A stretch of DNA of 63,800 bases, from contig JAFGDG010000086.1 in assembly GCA_016932245.1 (NCBI GenBank), positions 1 through 63,800 on the forward strand, read 5' to 3'. The notes below the pieces were generated by a model, which was given only the letters and a program-made list of their open reading frames with translations, did no database searches and was not told where the DNA came from. Position numbers and translations under genes: made by a program. This document shows positions 1 through 8,976 of this stretch, piece by piece; within the stretch, counting starts at the first letter, position 1, and each line of letters opens with the position of its first letter. Origin of the DNA: Thermoplasmatota archaeon (lineage in GTDB: Archaea; Thermoplasmatota; E2; DHVEG-1).

Positions 1-1
1 A

Positions 2-880
2 ATCTTTAATAATCCATTGATGACTTTTAAAACTGAAAGTTTTATTATTTTGTTTAATATTGCTTGGACATATTTACTTCATGCATATTATAGAAGTAAA
101 TATATTGATTATAAATATTATGAAATTCCAAATGTTAGAAAAAAATATATTAGAAATTCAGATGGAACAATAAGATATTGGGATTTGATGAAATGTTTGA
201 AGTGTGAGGAATGCCCACTTGATGAAAATACAAAAAACAACCTTAAATTTTTAATCGGATTAAGAAATTATATTGTACATCAAAAAGTCCCTGACTTGGA
301 TTCTTATCTTTCTGCAAGGTACCAGGCATGTGCATTGAATTATGATCACTATCTAGTAAAACTTCATGGAAAAAATTATTCATTAGGTAGCAATCTAGCT
401 TTGAGTTTACAATTTGCTGAATTAGATTATGAACAACATAAGATAATGAAAGATAAACTAAACAAAATTCCAAAAGAAATTAAAGCATATATTGCAGATT
501 TTGATAAGCAACTAACGGATGAACAACGACAAAATGAAAGATATTCATATAAACTTCTTTTTATTAAAACAAATGCAAAAAGTAACGGACAAGCAGATAG
601 AGTGATTGAATTTTTAGACCCAAACTCAGACTTATCAAAAAATATTTCTAAGGAATATTGGGTAAAAGTAGATAGAGAAAAACCTAAATATCTGCCCTCC
701 CAGGTAGTTGAAAAGGTAAAGGTAGCAGGTTTTCCTGATTTTAAGATACACCATCATACAGATATTTGGAAAGAGAATGATGGAAAAAACCCGAATAAAG
801 GATATGGTGTAAATGTGGCGGGGACTTGGTACTGGTATGAAAATTGGATAGATTTTGTAATTAATAAAAAAAGAAAATAG
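2..880 (+). CDS. DUF3644-like protein with HEPN-type Rx4H motif; 5' end probably lies left of the window
   Basis: Frame is open from nt 2, with no stop before the TTG/ATG at 17-22. FKTESFIILFNIAWTYLLHAYY and LKFLIGLRNYIVHQ match my recollection of the DUF3644 core. RNYIVH fits the HEPN Rx4-6H signature. DNA is much more AT-rich than the rest of the window. Confidence 0.6.
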   Translation: MFNNPLMTFKTESFIILFNIAWTYLLHAYYRSKYIDYKYYEIPNVRKKYIRNSDGTIRYWDLMKCLKCEECPLDENTKNNLKFLIGLRNYIVHQKVPDLDSYLSARYQACALNYDHYLVKLHGKNYSLGSNLALSLQFAELDYEQHKIMKDKLNKIPKEIKAYIADFDKQLTDEQRQNERYSYKLLFIKTNAKSNGQADRVIEFLDPNSDLSKNISKEYWVKVDREKPKYLPSQVVEKVKVAGFPDFKIHHHTDIWKENDGKNPNKGYGVNVAGTWYWYENWIDFVINKKRK

Positions 881-909
881 TAAGTTATACCATCATTTCT
901 AATGTTTTT

Positions 910-1062
910 ATGACAAACAAAAAACAAATATCTTTCCGTTTGTCAAAAGAACTAGATGACTGGGTCAAAGAAGAAATCCAGAAAGGAACTTTCAAATCCA
1001 TGTCAGATGCTGTTGAACAAGCAGTAGTTGAATTACGGAAAGAAATAGACGGTGAAATATAA
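910..1062 (+). CDS. ribbon-helix-helix (CopG/Arc/MetJ-like) small DNA-binding protein, 50 aa, absent from the supplied ORF track
   Basis: Hand translation: MTNKKQISFRLSKELDDWVKEEIQKGTFKSMSDAVEQAVVELRKEIDGEI, stop TAA at 1060-1062. A beta-strand (QISFRLS) is followed by two helices with a G-x-F-x-S-x-S-D-A pattern typical of RHH_1/CopG proteins. It starts 29 nt after the upstream stop on the same strand. Confidence 0.7.
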   Translation: MTNKKQISFRLSKELDDWVKEEIQKGTFKSMSDAVEQAVVELRKEIDGEI

Positions 1063-1121
1063 TAAAAAGCATTCTTTCTCAAAATGTTAAAACAATTTTG
1101 TTTAAAATTTAAAAGTGGTAG

Positions 1122-2270
1122 ATGCCAGTTTTCTCCTATAGAACTTGGTTTCTTTCTCATTTTTTTACCTTAGCATCTACTGTCCTTGGGGCACCCGACG
1201 AAGATACTGCACTTACCGTTCTTCCAGCACATTCTCTGTTGCTTGAAGGAAAAGGGTATGAAGCGGTGGCCCTCTCCGCACTTGGAAGCTATGGAGCAAT
1301 TGTCTTTTGTTTTCTTCTAGTAATTCCCCTCCGTCTACTTGTTGGAGCCCCCGTACAACTATATGCAGTATTGCGTGAAATTATGCTCTGGGTTCTCATT
1401 GCTATTTCTATTCTTATGATAGCAACCGAAAAAGGAAAAATACACGCATTTCGTGCAAAACCACCCTGCCCTTCGTTTTTAGGTATGATGTTTGCCTTTT
1501 TTCTCTTTTTGCTGTCTGGTATATTTGGATTAATTATTTTTCAACTTTCCGTCGATTCTCCCATAGGGCTTTCTTCTCCTGTGTTATTCCCCGCTCTTGC
1601 CGGTCTTTTTGGTACGCCAACGCTTCTCACCTCGCTTTTAACTAAACCAACAATCCCTAAACAAGATCTTACGATGCCCGTTCTTGATACCAAAACAAAA
1701 AAATCCTCAATCCTGTCTGTTATTACTGGAAGCTTTGGGGGCATTCTTGTTTCTATTATCCCGGGTATTACATCGGCGACAGGAACCATTCTTGCTATGA
1801 CTGCTCGGGGGGAATCGGACAAACGACAAACCATCATTACCCTTTCAGCGGTAAACACAGCATGTGCCTTTTTTGTTGTCGTTGTGCTCTTCATTATCCT
1901 TCGGTCAAGAAGCGGTGCAACACTTGCAGTAAAACAACTTATTGCTGTGGAAGAATGGAATGCCCTACTTATGCCCGCCACTTTAACCTATTTTTTAATT
2001 GCACTGCTGTTGGGCGGAACCCTTTCCTATTTTTTTACCCTTTCTGTTGGAAAACTCTTCGCTAAATATTTTGCCAACATACCTTACACAAAACTCGTTC
2101 TATTCACCATCGCGGTCATAACAATATTAGTCATTCTTTTTACAGGGCTTTTAGGGTTGTTAATCCTCATTGTTGCAACAGGTATCGGTCTGCTGCCGGT
2201 CAACTGGGGAGTGCGCCGAAGTCACTGCATGGGGATCCTCCTTCTCCCTATCATTCTTTATTTTGTTTGA
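1122..2270 (+). CDS. TctA/DUF112-family (COG1784-like) polytopic membrane transporter, apparently 5'-truncated
   Basis: Highly hydrophobic. GAPDEDTALTVLPAHSLLLEGKGYEAVALSALGSYG and IIPGITSATGTILA resemble the archaeal TctA-like family. Similarity begins only ~15 codons into the ORF, and those first codons lie in the AT-rich left-hand DNA. Confidence 0.55.
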   Translation: MPVFSYRTWFLSHFFTLASTVLGAPDEDTALTVLPAHSLLLEGKGYEAVALSALGSYGAIVFCFLLVIPLRLLVGAPVQLYAVLREIMLWVLIAISILMIATEKGKIHAFRAKPPCPSFLGMMFAFFLFLLSGIFGLIIFQLSVDSPIGLSSPVLFPALAGLFGTPTLLTSLLTKPTIPKQDLTMPVLDTKTKKSSILSVITGSFGGILVSIIPGITSATGTILAMTARGESDKRQTIITLSAVNTACAFFVVVVLFIILRSRSGATLAVKQLIAVEEWNALLMPATLTYFLIALLLGGTLSYFFTLSVGKLFAKYFANIPYTKLVLFTIAVITILVILFTGLLGLLILIVATGIGLLPVNWGVRRSHCMGILLLPIILYFV

Positions 2271-2754
2271 AGATGCCTTGGCCCACTGCATCAAAAAACT
2301 CAGTAAGGGGAACCCCTAATTCTTTACCTAAAAGCAACGCAGCAACTTCTGAAGAAATGCCCTTCTTCTCAACGATTTTTTGCACTCTCCTTGTTATATC
2401 CCCCTCTCCGATCGCACTTTCTTTAGCAATTTTGTGCACCATCGATTGCAATGTAACTTCGCCTTCTTTTTTATGGACCTCCACCTCTTTCTCTTCAATT
2501 TGTAAACTGGGCATAGATGGTCGAAAACCAACAGGAACTGTTATAGAATCAATCTCAAAAGCAGGGGATAAAATACCCTCCCGTGCTACCAGCAATTTTT
2601 TTGTTATTGCTCGTTCCACAAAATCTTTTGCTTGTTTTGGAGAAAACCAATTAAGGGTCATAGACAAGGAAAGGAAAAAATCAGAGGTGGAAATCTCTGT
2701 TTTACCCTCACGTTTAAAGAGAAATGCAATGATAATTTCTTCTTCAGAGACCAT
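2251..2754 (-). CDS. archaea-specific DUF2240-like protein
   Basis: 167-aa ORF whose N- and C-terminal patterns (EEIIIAFLFKREGK..., ...SSEVAALLLGKELGVPL) match my recollection of DUF2240. It overlaps the upstream gene by 11 nt. Confidence 0.5.
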   Translation of the reverse strand: MVSEEEIIIAFLFKREGKTEISTSDFFLSLSMTLNWFSPKQAKDFVERAITKKLLVAREGILSPAFEIDSITVPVGFRPSMPSLQIEEKEVEVHKKEGEVTLQSMVHKIAKESAIGEGDITRRVQKIVEKKGISSEVAALLLGKELGVPLTEFFDAVGQGIFKQNKE

Positions 2755-3352
2755 TCTTTTTCACCCTTCTCCAGTAAGGTAACTCAATAATCAAACCCGT
2801 TATTTGTTTATCCTCCCAATATTTTGCGCGTTCATTATTAGGGCCGCAGACATACAGCTTGTAGCCTTTTTTTCCAGCCTTTTGCAGGTAAGAAATCGTC
2901 CGAATATCTGCAAGAGTAGCAGCATTAAACAATACTGTTCCTGTTTCTTGCCCGAGCGTTCCGGTAACTGGTTTTACTGTTTGCTGACTGGTGCGGATGT
3001 CAGCACAGAGGTACACTTCGTTTTCTGTCAGCTCTTTAATAGCAGAAACATCTACATTTCTCCAAATCTCTTGTCTTACTGTGAGTGCTGCTGCCCCTGC
3101 CATAAGTATGTCGACAACGTCGCCAAGAGTTCTGGGGCCCCCATCAACCCAAAGGGTATGGCGTTGCGATAATTTTTGGTATAGATAAAGATTTGGCTTG
3201 TCTTTTTCTAAACCATCACGATCATAGACATACACTTTTTCATCAGGGGGAAGGACATCAAAAAGAGCATTAAGCGGAACAGCCTCTCCCTCCATCTTGT
3301 CATATATCTCTCTCTTATGTAGGTAGATGATAGGAAGGACTTCCATAGACAT
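2744..3352 (-). CDS. HisA/HisF-related (COG1411-like) TIM-barrel protein
   Basis: 202 aa. VYDRDGLEKDKPNLYLYQKL and WVDGGPRTLGDVVDILMAGAAALTV resemble the archaeal proFAR-isomerase-related family. Confidence 0.5.
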   Translation of the reverse strand: MSMEVLPIIYLHKREIYDKMEGEAVPLNALFDVLPPDEKVYVYDRDGLEKDKPNLYLYQKLSQRHTLWVDGGPRTLGDVVDILMAGAAALTVRQEIWRNVDVSAIKELTENEVYLCADIRTSQQTVKPVTGTLGQETGTVLFNAATLADIRTISYLQKAGKKGYKLYVCGPNNERAKYWEDKQITGLIIELPYWRRVKKNGL

Positions 3353-3415
3353 GCAAACCTCTTTACATACTAAAAATTTTTGAAGAAACCTAGAAAAAGA
3401 AACCAGATGGAAAGC

Positions 3416-5821
3416 TTATCTGTTAAATCGTTTTTCTGCATCAGCAATGGTCAATCTCGTTTTTACTACTGTATCTGGGTTGAGTGAGATGCTGTCAATA
3501 CCACATTCCACTAGAAATTCAGCAAACTCTGGGAAATCTGAAGGTGCTTGGCCACAGATGCCGACTTTTCTTCTTGGTGTATGTGCATGTGCTGTTTCTA
3601 TTACTTGTTTTACAAGTCTTTTTACTGCATCGTTCCTCTCATCAAAAATATGGGCGACTAAATCAGAATCACGGTCAAGACCAAGGGTAAGTTGTGTAAG
3701 GTCGTTTGAACCAATGCTAAATCCATCAAAAATCTCTGCAAACTGATCAGCAACGACAACATTACTTGGGATTTCACACATAACATATATTTCAAGACCA
3801 TTTTCTCCTTGGGTAAGGCCAAACTCTTTCATTGTTTGTATTACTTTTTTTCCCTCCTCCGGCGTTCGACAGAAAGGTATCATTGGTTTAATATTTGTAA
3901 GACCCATTTCATCACGTGCTTTTTTGAGGGCTATGCATTCAAGACCAAATGCTGGTTTGTATTTGGGATCATAATATCTAGAGGCACCACGCCATCCAAT
4001 CATAGGGTTACTTTCTTTAGGCTCGTATAAGAAACCACCTACTAAGTTTGCGTACTCATTAGTTTTAAAATCACTCATACGAACTATTACATCATTTGGA
4101 TAAAAAGCGGCCGCAATCTTTGCAATACCACGCGCAAGAGTATCTACGAAAAACCCTACTTTATTTTCATAGCCTTTGCTTTTTTCATCAATTGTTTTTA
4201 TTACTTCTGCAATCTTTGGGTTTTCATTTGTCATCTGTTTAAGTTTATTGTATTCAATTAAAGCCAGCGGATGTATACCTATATGAGAGTTAATGATGAA
4301 TTCTTCACGAGCAAGACCCACTCCGTCGTTTGGGATTTGGCCTTGTTGAAATGCTTTCTCAGGTATTGCTGCATTCATCATAATTTGTGTTTTAGGCCTT
4401 GGTAAATTATCAAGTTTAAGCTCGTCAACACGGAATTTTAACAAACCATCATAAATTCGACCAACACTTTCGCTACAGTCAACAGTAATGTTTGCGCCAT
4501 TTCGAATTGTTTGTGTGCCTGTGCCGGTACCAATAACACAAGGGATGCCTAGCTCACGAGAAATAATTGCAGCATGACACGTTCTACCCCCGCGGTTTGT
4601 AACAATAGCACCTGCAATTTTCATAATGGGTTCCCAATCAGGATCCGTCATGTCTGTTACCAAGACTTGTCCTTTCTTAAAATTACCAATATCTTTTGCA
4701 TCTTCGATAACATTTACATCTCCCTGCCCGATCATACTGCCGACTGCTTCACCCTCGGCTAAAACATTTCCTTTTTCTTCTAAAACATATGTTTTCATGA
4801 CTGCGGCATCTTTTTGTGAATGAACTGTTTCAGGGCGAGCTTGAACGATAAATAGTTCACCCGTGTTCCCATCTTTTGCCCATTCAATATCCATTGGTTT
4901 TTTATAATGATCTTCAATAATTGATGCCCATTTTGCAAGTTTTATTATCTCATCATCACTGATTACAAACTTGTTTCTTTCTTCTTGGTTTACTTCAATG
5001 TTTTTCGTTCCTTTTTTTTCATCATAAACCATACGTTTTTGTTTTGCGCCAACTTTTTTTTCAAGAATTGGTTTAAAACCATTTTTAAGAGTTGGTTTGA
5101 AAACATAGAATTGATCAGGGTTTACTGCACCTTGAACAACGTTTTCACCAAGACCATATGCACCTGTCAGGTATACTGCATCTTTAAAGCCACTTTCGGT
5201 ATCAATTGAAAACATTACCCCTGCGCTTGCAAGGTCACTTCTGACCATTTTTTGAACTCCAACAGATAAATACACGCTGAAATGATCAAAGCCCTTATCA
5301 ACACGATAAGAAATCGCACGGTTAGTAAATAATGATGCAAAACACTCACGAACTTTTTCAAGTAATTCTTCTTCCCCACGTACATTCAAATACGTTTCTT
5401 GCTGTCCTGCAAAAGAAGCATCTGGCAGGTCCTCTGCTGTGGCACTGCTTCTAACTGCTACATCACAGTTTTTACCGTAGCGTTTTTCCATGCCTCTGTA
5501 GTGTTTACGTATGTCTTCTTCAAGATCCGGAGGTAGCGGCGTATTTTTTATAAGCTCTCTAATTTTTTCACCGCGTTCAGCAAGATTATGAATATTATGT
5601 GTGTCAAGATCTGAAAGGATTTCTTTTATTTTTTTATCAATTCCTGCTTTCTCAATAGTGTATTTGTAAGCATATGCGGTGACCGCAAAACCAGACGGGA
5701 CATTTATTCCTTTTTCGCCAAGATTGCGAATCATTTCGCCAAGAGAAGCGTTTTTCCCTCCCACTGAAGGCACATCGTTTATTGACAACTCTTCAAACCA
5801 TCTGTTAAATTCTTCAATCAT
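3416..5821 (-). CDS. ppsA: phosphoenolpyruvate synthase
   Basis: 801 aa. N-terminal SVGGKNASLGEM, phosphohistidine swivel motif NRGGRTCHAAIISRELGIPCVIG, C-terminal PEP-utilising domain (GICGQAPSD). Confidence 0.95.
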   Translation of the reverse strand: MIEEFNRWFEELSINDVPSVGGKNASLGEMIRNLGEKGINVPSGFAVTAYAYKYTIEKAGIDKKIKEILSDLDTHNIHNLAERGEKIRELIKNTPLPPDLEEDIRKHYRGMEKRYGKNCDVAVRSSATAEDLPDASFAGQQETYLNVRGEEELLEKVRECFASLFTNRAISYRVDKGFDHFSVYLSVGVQKMVRSDLASAGVMFSIDTESGFKDAVYLTGAYGLGENVVQGAVNPDQFYVFKPTLKNGFKPILEKKVGAKQKRMVYDEKKGTKNIEVNQEERNKFVISDDEIIKLAKWASIIEDHYKKPMDIEWAKDGNTGELFIVQARPETVHSQKDAAVMKTYVLEEKGNVLAEGEAVGSMIGQGDVNVIEDAKDIGNFKKGQVLVTDMTDPDWEPIMKIAGAIVTNRGGRTCHAAIISRELGIPCVIGTGTGTQTIRNGANITVDCSESVGRIYDGLLKFRVDELKLDNLPRPKTQIMMNAAIPEKAFQQGQIPNDGVGLAREEFIINSHIGIHPLALIEYNKLKQMTNENPKIAEVIKTIDEKSKGYENKVGFFVDTLARGIAKIAAAFYPNDVIVRMSDFKTNEYANLVGGFLYEPKESNPMIGWRGASRYYDPKYKPAFGLECIALKKARDEMGLTNIKPMIPFCRTPEEGKKVIQTMKEFGLTQGENGLEIYVMCEIPSNVVVADQFAEIFDGFSIGSNDLTQLTLGLDRDSDLVAHIFDERNDAVKRLVKQVIETAHAHTPRRKVGICGQAPSDFPEFAEFLVECGIDSISLNPDTVVKTRLTIADAEKRFNR

Positions 5822-5861
5822 AGACCTCTCTCCTAAGGAACATATGTGTTAATATGCGCCC

Positions 5862-5870
5862 ATTTATAAA
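5862..5870 (-). promoter_or_regulatory. TATA-box-like element upstream of ppsA
   Basis: Minus-strand TTTATAAAT lies about 45 nt upstream of the ppsA ATG. A Shine-Dalgarno-like AGGAGAGAGG sits just before the ATG. Confidence 0.35.
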
Positions 5871-5895
5871 CCCTCTTTTAAAAGTTATACAACTG

Positions 5896-5923
5896 ATATA
5901 AAAAGCAATCTAAATGATTGCTT
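5896..5923 (-). terminator. hairpin plus T-tract downstream of pdaD
   Basis: Perfect 8-bp inverted repeat AAGCAATC (5903-5910) / GATTGCTT (5916-5923) with a 5-nt loop. On the minus strand it is followed by TTTTATAT and begins ~10 nt after the pdaD stop. Confidence 0.4.
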
Positions 5924-5932
5924 ATTCCCTCT

Positions 5933-6499
5933 TTACTCTTCTAAAAATACAGCCGCAGCAAGGACCGTTGTCCAAAGACCGTTTTTGTCCCCTTGTGCAG
6001 TTTGTACAATGCTTTGCGTCCGCACAAATCTCCCACTCATTTTATATTCCTGTTTCCGTTCATCCCACGCTTTATCAACATCAAACTCTAGTCCGAGTGT
6101 AGTTGCTAGCATGCTTGCTGCAAGATCTTCAGCATAATCCCCTGCTGTTTTTGCGACTTGACCAAACCCATGGTGCTCTGAAATATATCCATAGGTCTCT
6201 TCTTCTTTTGGGGTAGCAACACCTATAGCTGCTCCAATTAATCGGTTTGGTTCATTCGTTTTATTTCTTGACATTACACTGTAGGTAATCTGACCTGGTT
6301 TGAGCAATTCAATACCTTTTTCCTTTGAGATAATTTTACATCTTGGAGGGACAATGCTAGAAACATTTACTATGTTGCATTTTTCTATGCCGGCATTACG
6401 AAGAGCTGATTCAAAAGACTGCAGTTCATGTTTATGTTTTCCTACGCCTTTGGTAAAAAACACTCGCTTTGGTACCATGGCCCCAAGAATGATTTTCAT
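5933..6499 (-). CDS. pdaD: pyruvoyl-dependent arginine decarboxylase
   Basis: 188 aa. [21 protein letters not shown] and the self-cleavage context NVSSIVPP are characteristic of PdaD. Confidence 0.9.
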   Translation of the reverse strand: MKIILGAMVPKRVFFTKGVGKHKHELQSFESALRNAGIEKCNIVNVSSIVPPRCKIISKEKGIELLKPGQITYSVMSRNKTNEPNRLIGAAIGVATPKEEETYGYISEHHGFGQVAKTAGDYAEDLAASMLATTLGLEFDVDKAWDERKQEYKMSGRFVRTQSIVQTAQGDKNGLWTTVLAAAVFLEE

Positions 6500-6523
6500 C
6501 TTATAAACATATCTATAAGACGA

Positions 6524-7429
6524 TTACAATTCTTCCTCTTCTTCTATGTCTTCTCCACTTCCTTCGTCTTTCGTATCCCTCTGTTTTTTGAGAAGATCTC
6601 TCATCTGTTTCTGGATATCGACTTGTTCCTTTTGAAAAGACACTTGTTCTTGCTGATATTGTGTGATAACGCCCCCTTGCACCAGTTTTTCTACTAGCTT
6701 TTTTATCTCTTTATAGGGATAGGCGCCATGTAGTTCGTAATAACTCCTTGCTCGAGGGGTCTGCACGTCCTTTCCCCCACCAAAAAATCCCAGAATTCCT
6801 CCTCCCTTCTTTCCTCCAAGCCCTACACCACCACCGGCAAATGATTTGTCGCTACCCAAACCAAACCCCGATTGGCTGATAGGGATAATGGTGCCAAAAC
6901 TAAAAATTTGGCCAAGGATGCCTTGTTTGGCATTAATATCAGCAATTTTATCATATCGCAGGGTTCTTTCTTGTTTTGTAATAATTCCTCCTTTGAAAAT
7001 AATACGAAGATTTGAAATGATGTATTTGTGAGAACGCCGGTATAATTCAACAAGGAGAAAACCGATAACTGACATGGCGATAGAAAAGAACGGGACAAAG
7101 ATTGCCGCTTCAGATGTCCAATCTTGCCAGACCATCACTCCCACTCCTGCAAGAAACATGCCAAGAAAGAGCAAGAAAATTCTCCACCTAATCGTAATGA
7201 GTGATGCAAAAATGCCAACAACAATCAGCACAGAGCCCCAGACAAGGATGGGCAACCATTCATTTGAAGAAAAGAGATCCTTAAATTCAGAGAAATTTAC
7301 TAACCATCCAATGAGGACGCCCCACACAATCAAAAATATGCACAGGGATTGTAACCGCATAAAAGATAATGGATGAGGAGAAAGAACTCTCTCCACCTTT
7401 TCGTTATCTAATAGCTCCTCCTGGTTCAT
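6524..7429 (-). CDS. membrane protein with bacterial-type PH (bPH_2/DUF304, YdbS-like) domain, Gly-rich segment and acidic tail
   Basis: N-terminal TM helices. RTLRYDKIADINAKQGILGQIFSFGTI fits the bPH_2 core. Followed by GGGVGLGGKKGGGILGFFGGGKD and a C-terminal EEEEEL tail. Confidence 0.6.
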   Translation of the reverse strand: MNQEELLDNEKVERVLSPHPLSFMRLQSLCIFLIVWGVLIGWLVNFSEFKDLFSSNEWLPILVWGSVLIVVGIFASLITIRWRIFLLFLGMFLAGVGVMVWQDWTSEAAIFVPFFSIAMSVIGFLLVELYRRSHKYIISNLRIIFKGGIITKQERTLRYDKIADINAKQGILGQIFSFGTIIPISQSGFGLGSDKSFAGGGVGLGGKKGGGILGFFGGGKDVQTPRARSYYELHGAYPYKEIKKLVEKLVQGGVITQYQQEQVSFQKEQVDIQKQMRDLLKKQRDTKDEGSGEDIEEEEEL

Positions 7430-8501
7430 CAGTCTCGTCCTCGATACTTGGTAATGCCTTCATATCAATTTTAGCTTTAAAGGTATTGGTCTTCTTCTTT
7501 TTCTTTTTTCTCACCAACAAAAAAAGCACTATGATCGTACATCCTATCATGGTGATCAACGAGATGCTTTTGTCCCATTCGGTCGGTATAAAGAGAAATA
7601 GCGTTCTCATAAGAATGTATGCTAAAGGGAGTGTTATGTAGGGAAGGAGTTTTTTGTGTCCTTGAATTTTGTCTGTGGTTTTGATCATCAATAAAAGGAG
7701 GTGAGTTACTACCAGAGAAACAATAGCAATAATGGAGAGCCACCCAAAAATAGCAAATAAGCCCACATACCATTGTTGATTAAGCGCAAGAGAAATGTAA
7801 AACAACACATACGCAAGTAAAAACAACAGAATCACATACAGGGGCCGATGAATAATATGCGACCAGATGTTTTTTAAATCATACAGCATGTCAATTTTCT
7901 CCTGCCTTTTCTCGCCGATGTAGCTTGGTCGTATCCCAAGACCAAGAAAGAGAAGCAATAATAGAAATCCAAGATGCCCTGGGTGTAAAAGATCAATTGT
8001 TGCTAAGAAGCCGAAAAAATGTTGAGTAAAGATATGTAGACTTCTTCCAAATGTAACGATCTGTTCAGTAAAAGTATATTGGAGTGCTGTCAACTCTGGA
8101 GGAGTGGCAACCTCAAATCCTCCAGACGTGAAGAGATAGAGACAAATGAGAAGAAGAAATGCAGGAATGAAAAAGGGGCCCAGGAAAAGAAAGGAATTAG
8201 ATATCCATTCAAACACTCCTTCCCTCTCTTTTTTTGGGGATACTTTCCCGTAATCTACACTCACATAAAACTTAGCAATGCCGCTTCTTGTTACGGTATA
8301 CCCAAGGGCATGACAGATAGTTTGAAATAAAATCCCTAGAAAATTAGTAAATCGGCACAACGGTTCATGCTTTGGTCGTATTTTTGCTAATAAAAGCTTT
8401 TGACTTTCAATAAACAACAATTGTATAAACCACAGCAGCAAGACGCCAAGTATTGGTGCAAGTGGCGCAAATATCAGAATATCAACGAGTGAGCCTGCCA
8501 T
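7404..8501 (-). CDS. polytopic membrane protein of unknown function
   Basis: 365-aa ORF with about 8 hydrophobic segments and a Lys-rich C-terminal tail (RKKKKKKT). Its stop overlaps the start of the downstream gene by 26 nt. No family recognised. Confidence 0.5.
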   Translation of the reverse strand: MAGSLVDILIFAPLAPILGVLLLWFIQLLFIESQKLLLAKIRPKHEPLCRFTNFLGILFQTICHALGYTVTRSGIAKFYVSVDYGKVSPKKEREGVFEWISNSFLFLGPFFIPAFLLLICLYLFTSGGFEVATPPELTALQYTFTEQIVTFGRSLHIFTQHFFGFLATIDLLHPGHLGFLLLLLFLGLGIRPSYIGEKRQEKIDMLYDLKNIWSHIIHRPLYVILLFLLAYVLFYISLALNQQWYVGLFAIFGWLSIIAIVSLVVTHLLLLMIKTTDKIQGHKKLLPYITLPLAYILMRTLFLFIPTEWDKSISLITMIGCTIIVLFLLVRKKKKKKTNTFKAKIDMKALPSIEDETDEPGGAIR

Positions 8502-8548
8502 CTCTCTTCGCTATATGATAGTGAGTGTTTTGTATAAAATCTTATCTT

Positions 8549-8971
8549 TTAGATGACGCTCATTTCTATTGCACTTCCATTATAGTCATATGCCCTCCAA
8601 GAAGTCTTAGTGTAGGGGGTTGCAACGATAATATGTACGCGTCCATGTTTTCGGAATAACTCAAGATCTGCTTCTGACGGGAGAGGCATTCCTGAGGGAT
8701 GGCTATGCACCGTCCCTACAACACTAAAATCGATAGGCATCATATGTAGCTGAAAGATGGCGTGGGAGTTACCAGAAATTGTTCCCGGAAGCAGCACTAC
8801 CTCTATTATCGTCTTTTTAGTTGTCTCATCCACTCGCAACAACCCTCCAAATTCCTTTGGATGTGTTGACTTAGCAGATTCCAAAATAAGACGTAAACAC
8901 CTTTTTGTGATTTGCCACTTCCTCTTGGAAATCGACCCATTCTCTTCTTTGTTTTTCTTAAAAAAAGGCAT
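8549..8971 (-). CDS. JAMM/MPN+ family metalloprotease
   Basis: HPKEFGGLL (conserved Glu) and the full JAMM motif HSHPSGMPLPSEAD (HxHx7Sx2D). Confidence 0.8.
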   Translation of the reverse strand: MPFFKKNKEENGSISKRKWQITKRCLRLILESAKSTHPKEFGGLLRVDETTKKTIIEVVLLPGTISGNSHAIFQLHMMPIDFSVVGTVHSHPSGMPLPSEADLELFRKHGRVHIIVATPYTKTSWRAYDYNGSAIEMSVI

Positions 8972-8976
8972 TGACC

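Noticed and set aside
1063-1121. Imperfect palindrome AAACAA-tt-TTGTTT after the RHH gene as a possible att site or terminator
   Set aside because: The loop is too short for a stable hairpin and I found no matching repeat elsewhere in the window. It is indistinguishable from generic AT-rich sequence.
885-1160. 91-aa minus-strand ORF in the supplied track
   Set aside because: It lies antisense to a much more convincing plus-strand RHH gene (910-1062) and has no recognisable features and an odd composition. It is most likely a chance ORF in AT-rich DNA.
2267-2782. 171-aa plus-strand ORF
   Set aside because: It is entirely antisense to the DUF2240-like gene. Its Ser/Pro/Thr-rich composition is typical of the shadow frame of a real gene.
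7490-7525. Homopolymer-rich tract (A/T runs), with a similar run at about 31805-31825
   Set aside because: Both lie inside intact ORFs and encode Lys runs (KKKKKK). There is no frameshift or sign of slippage-dependent expression.
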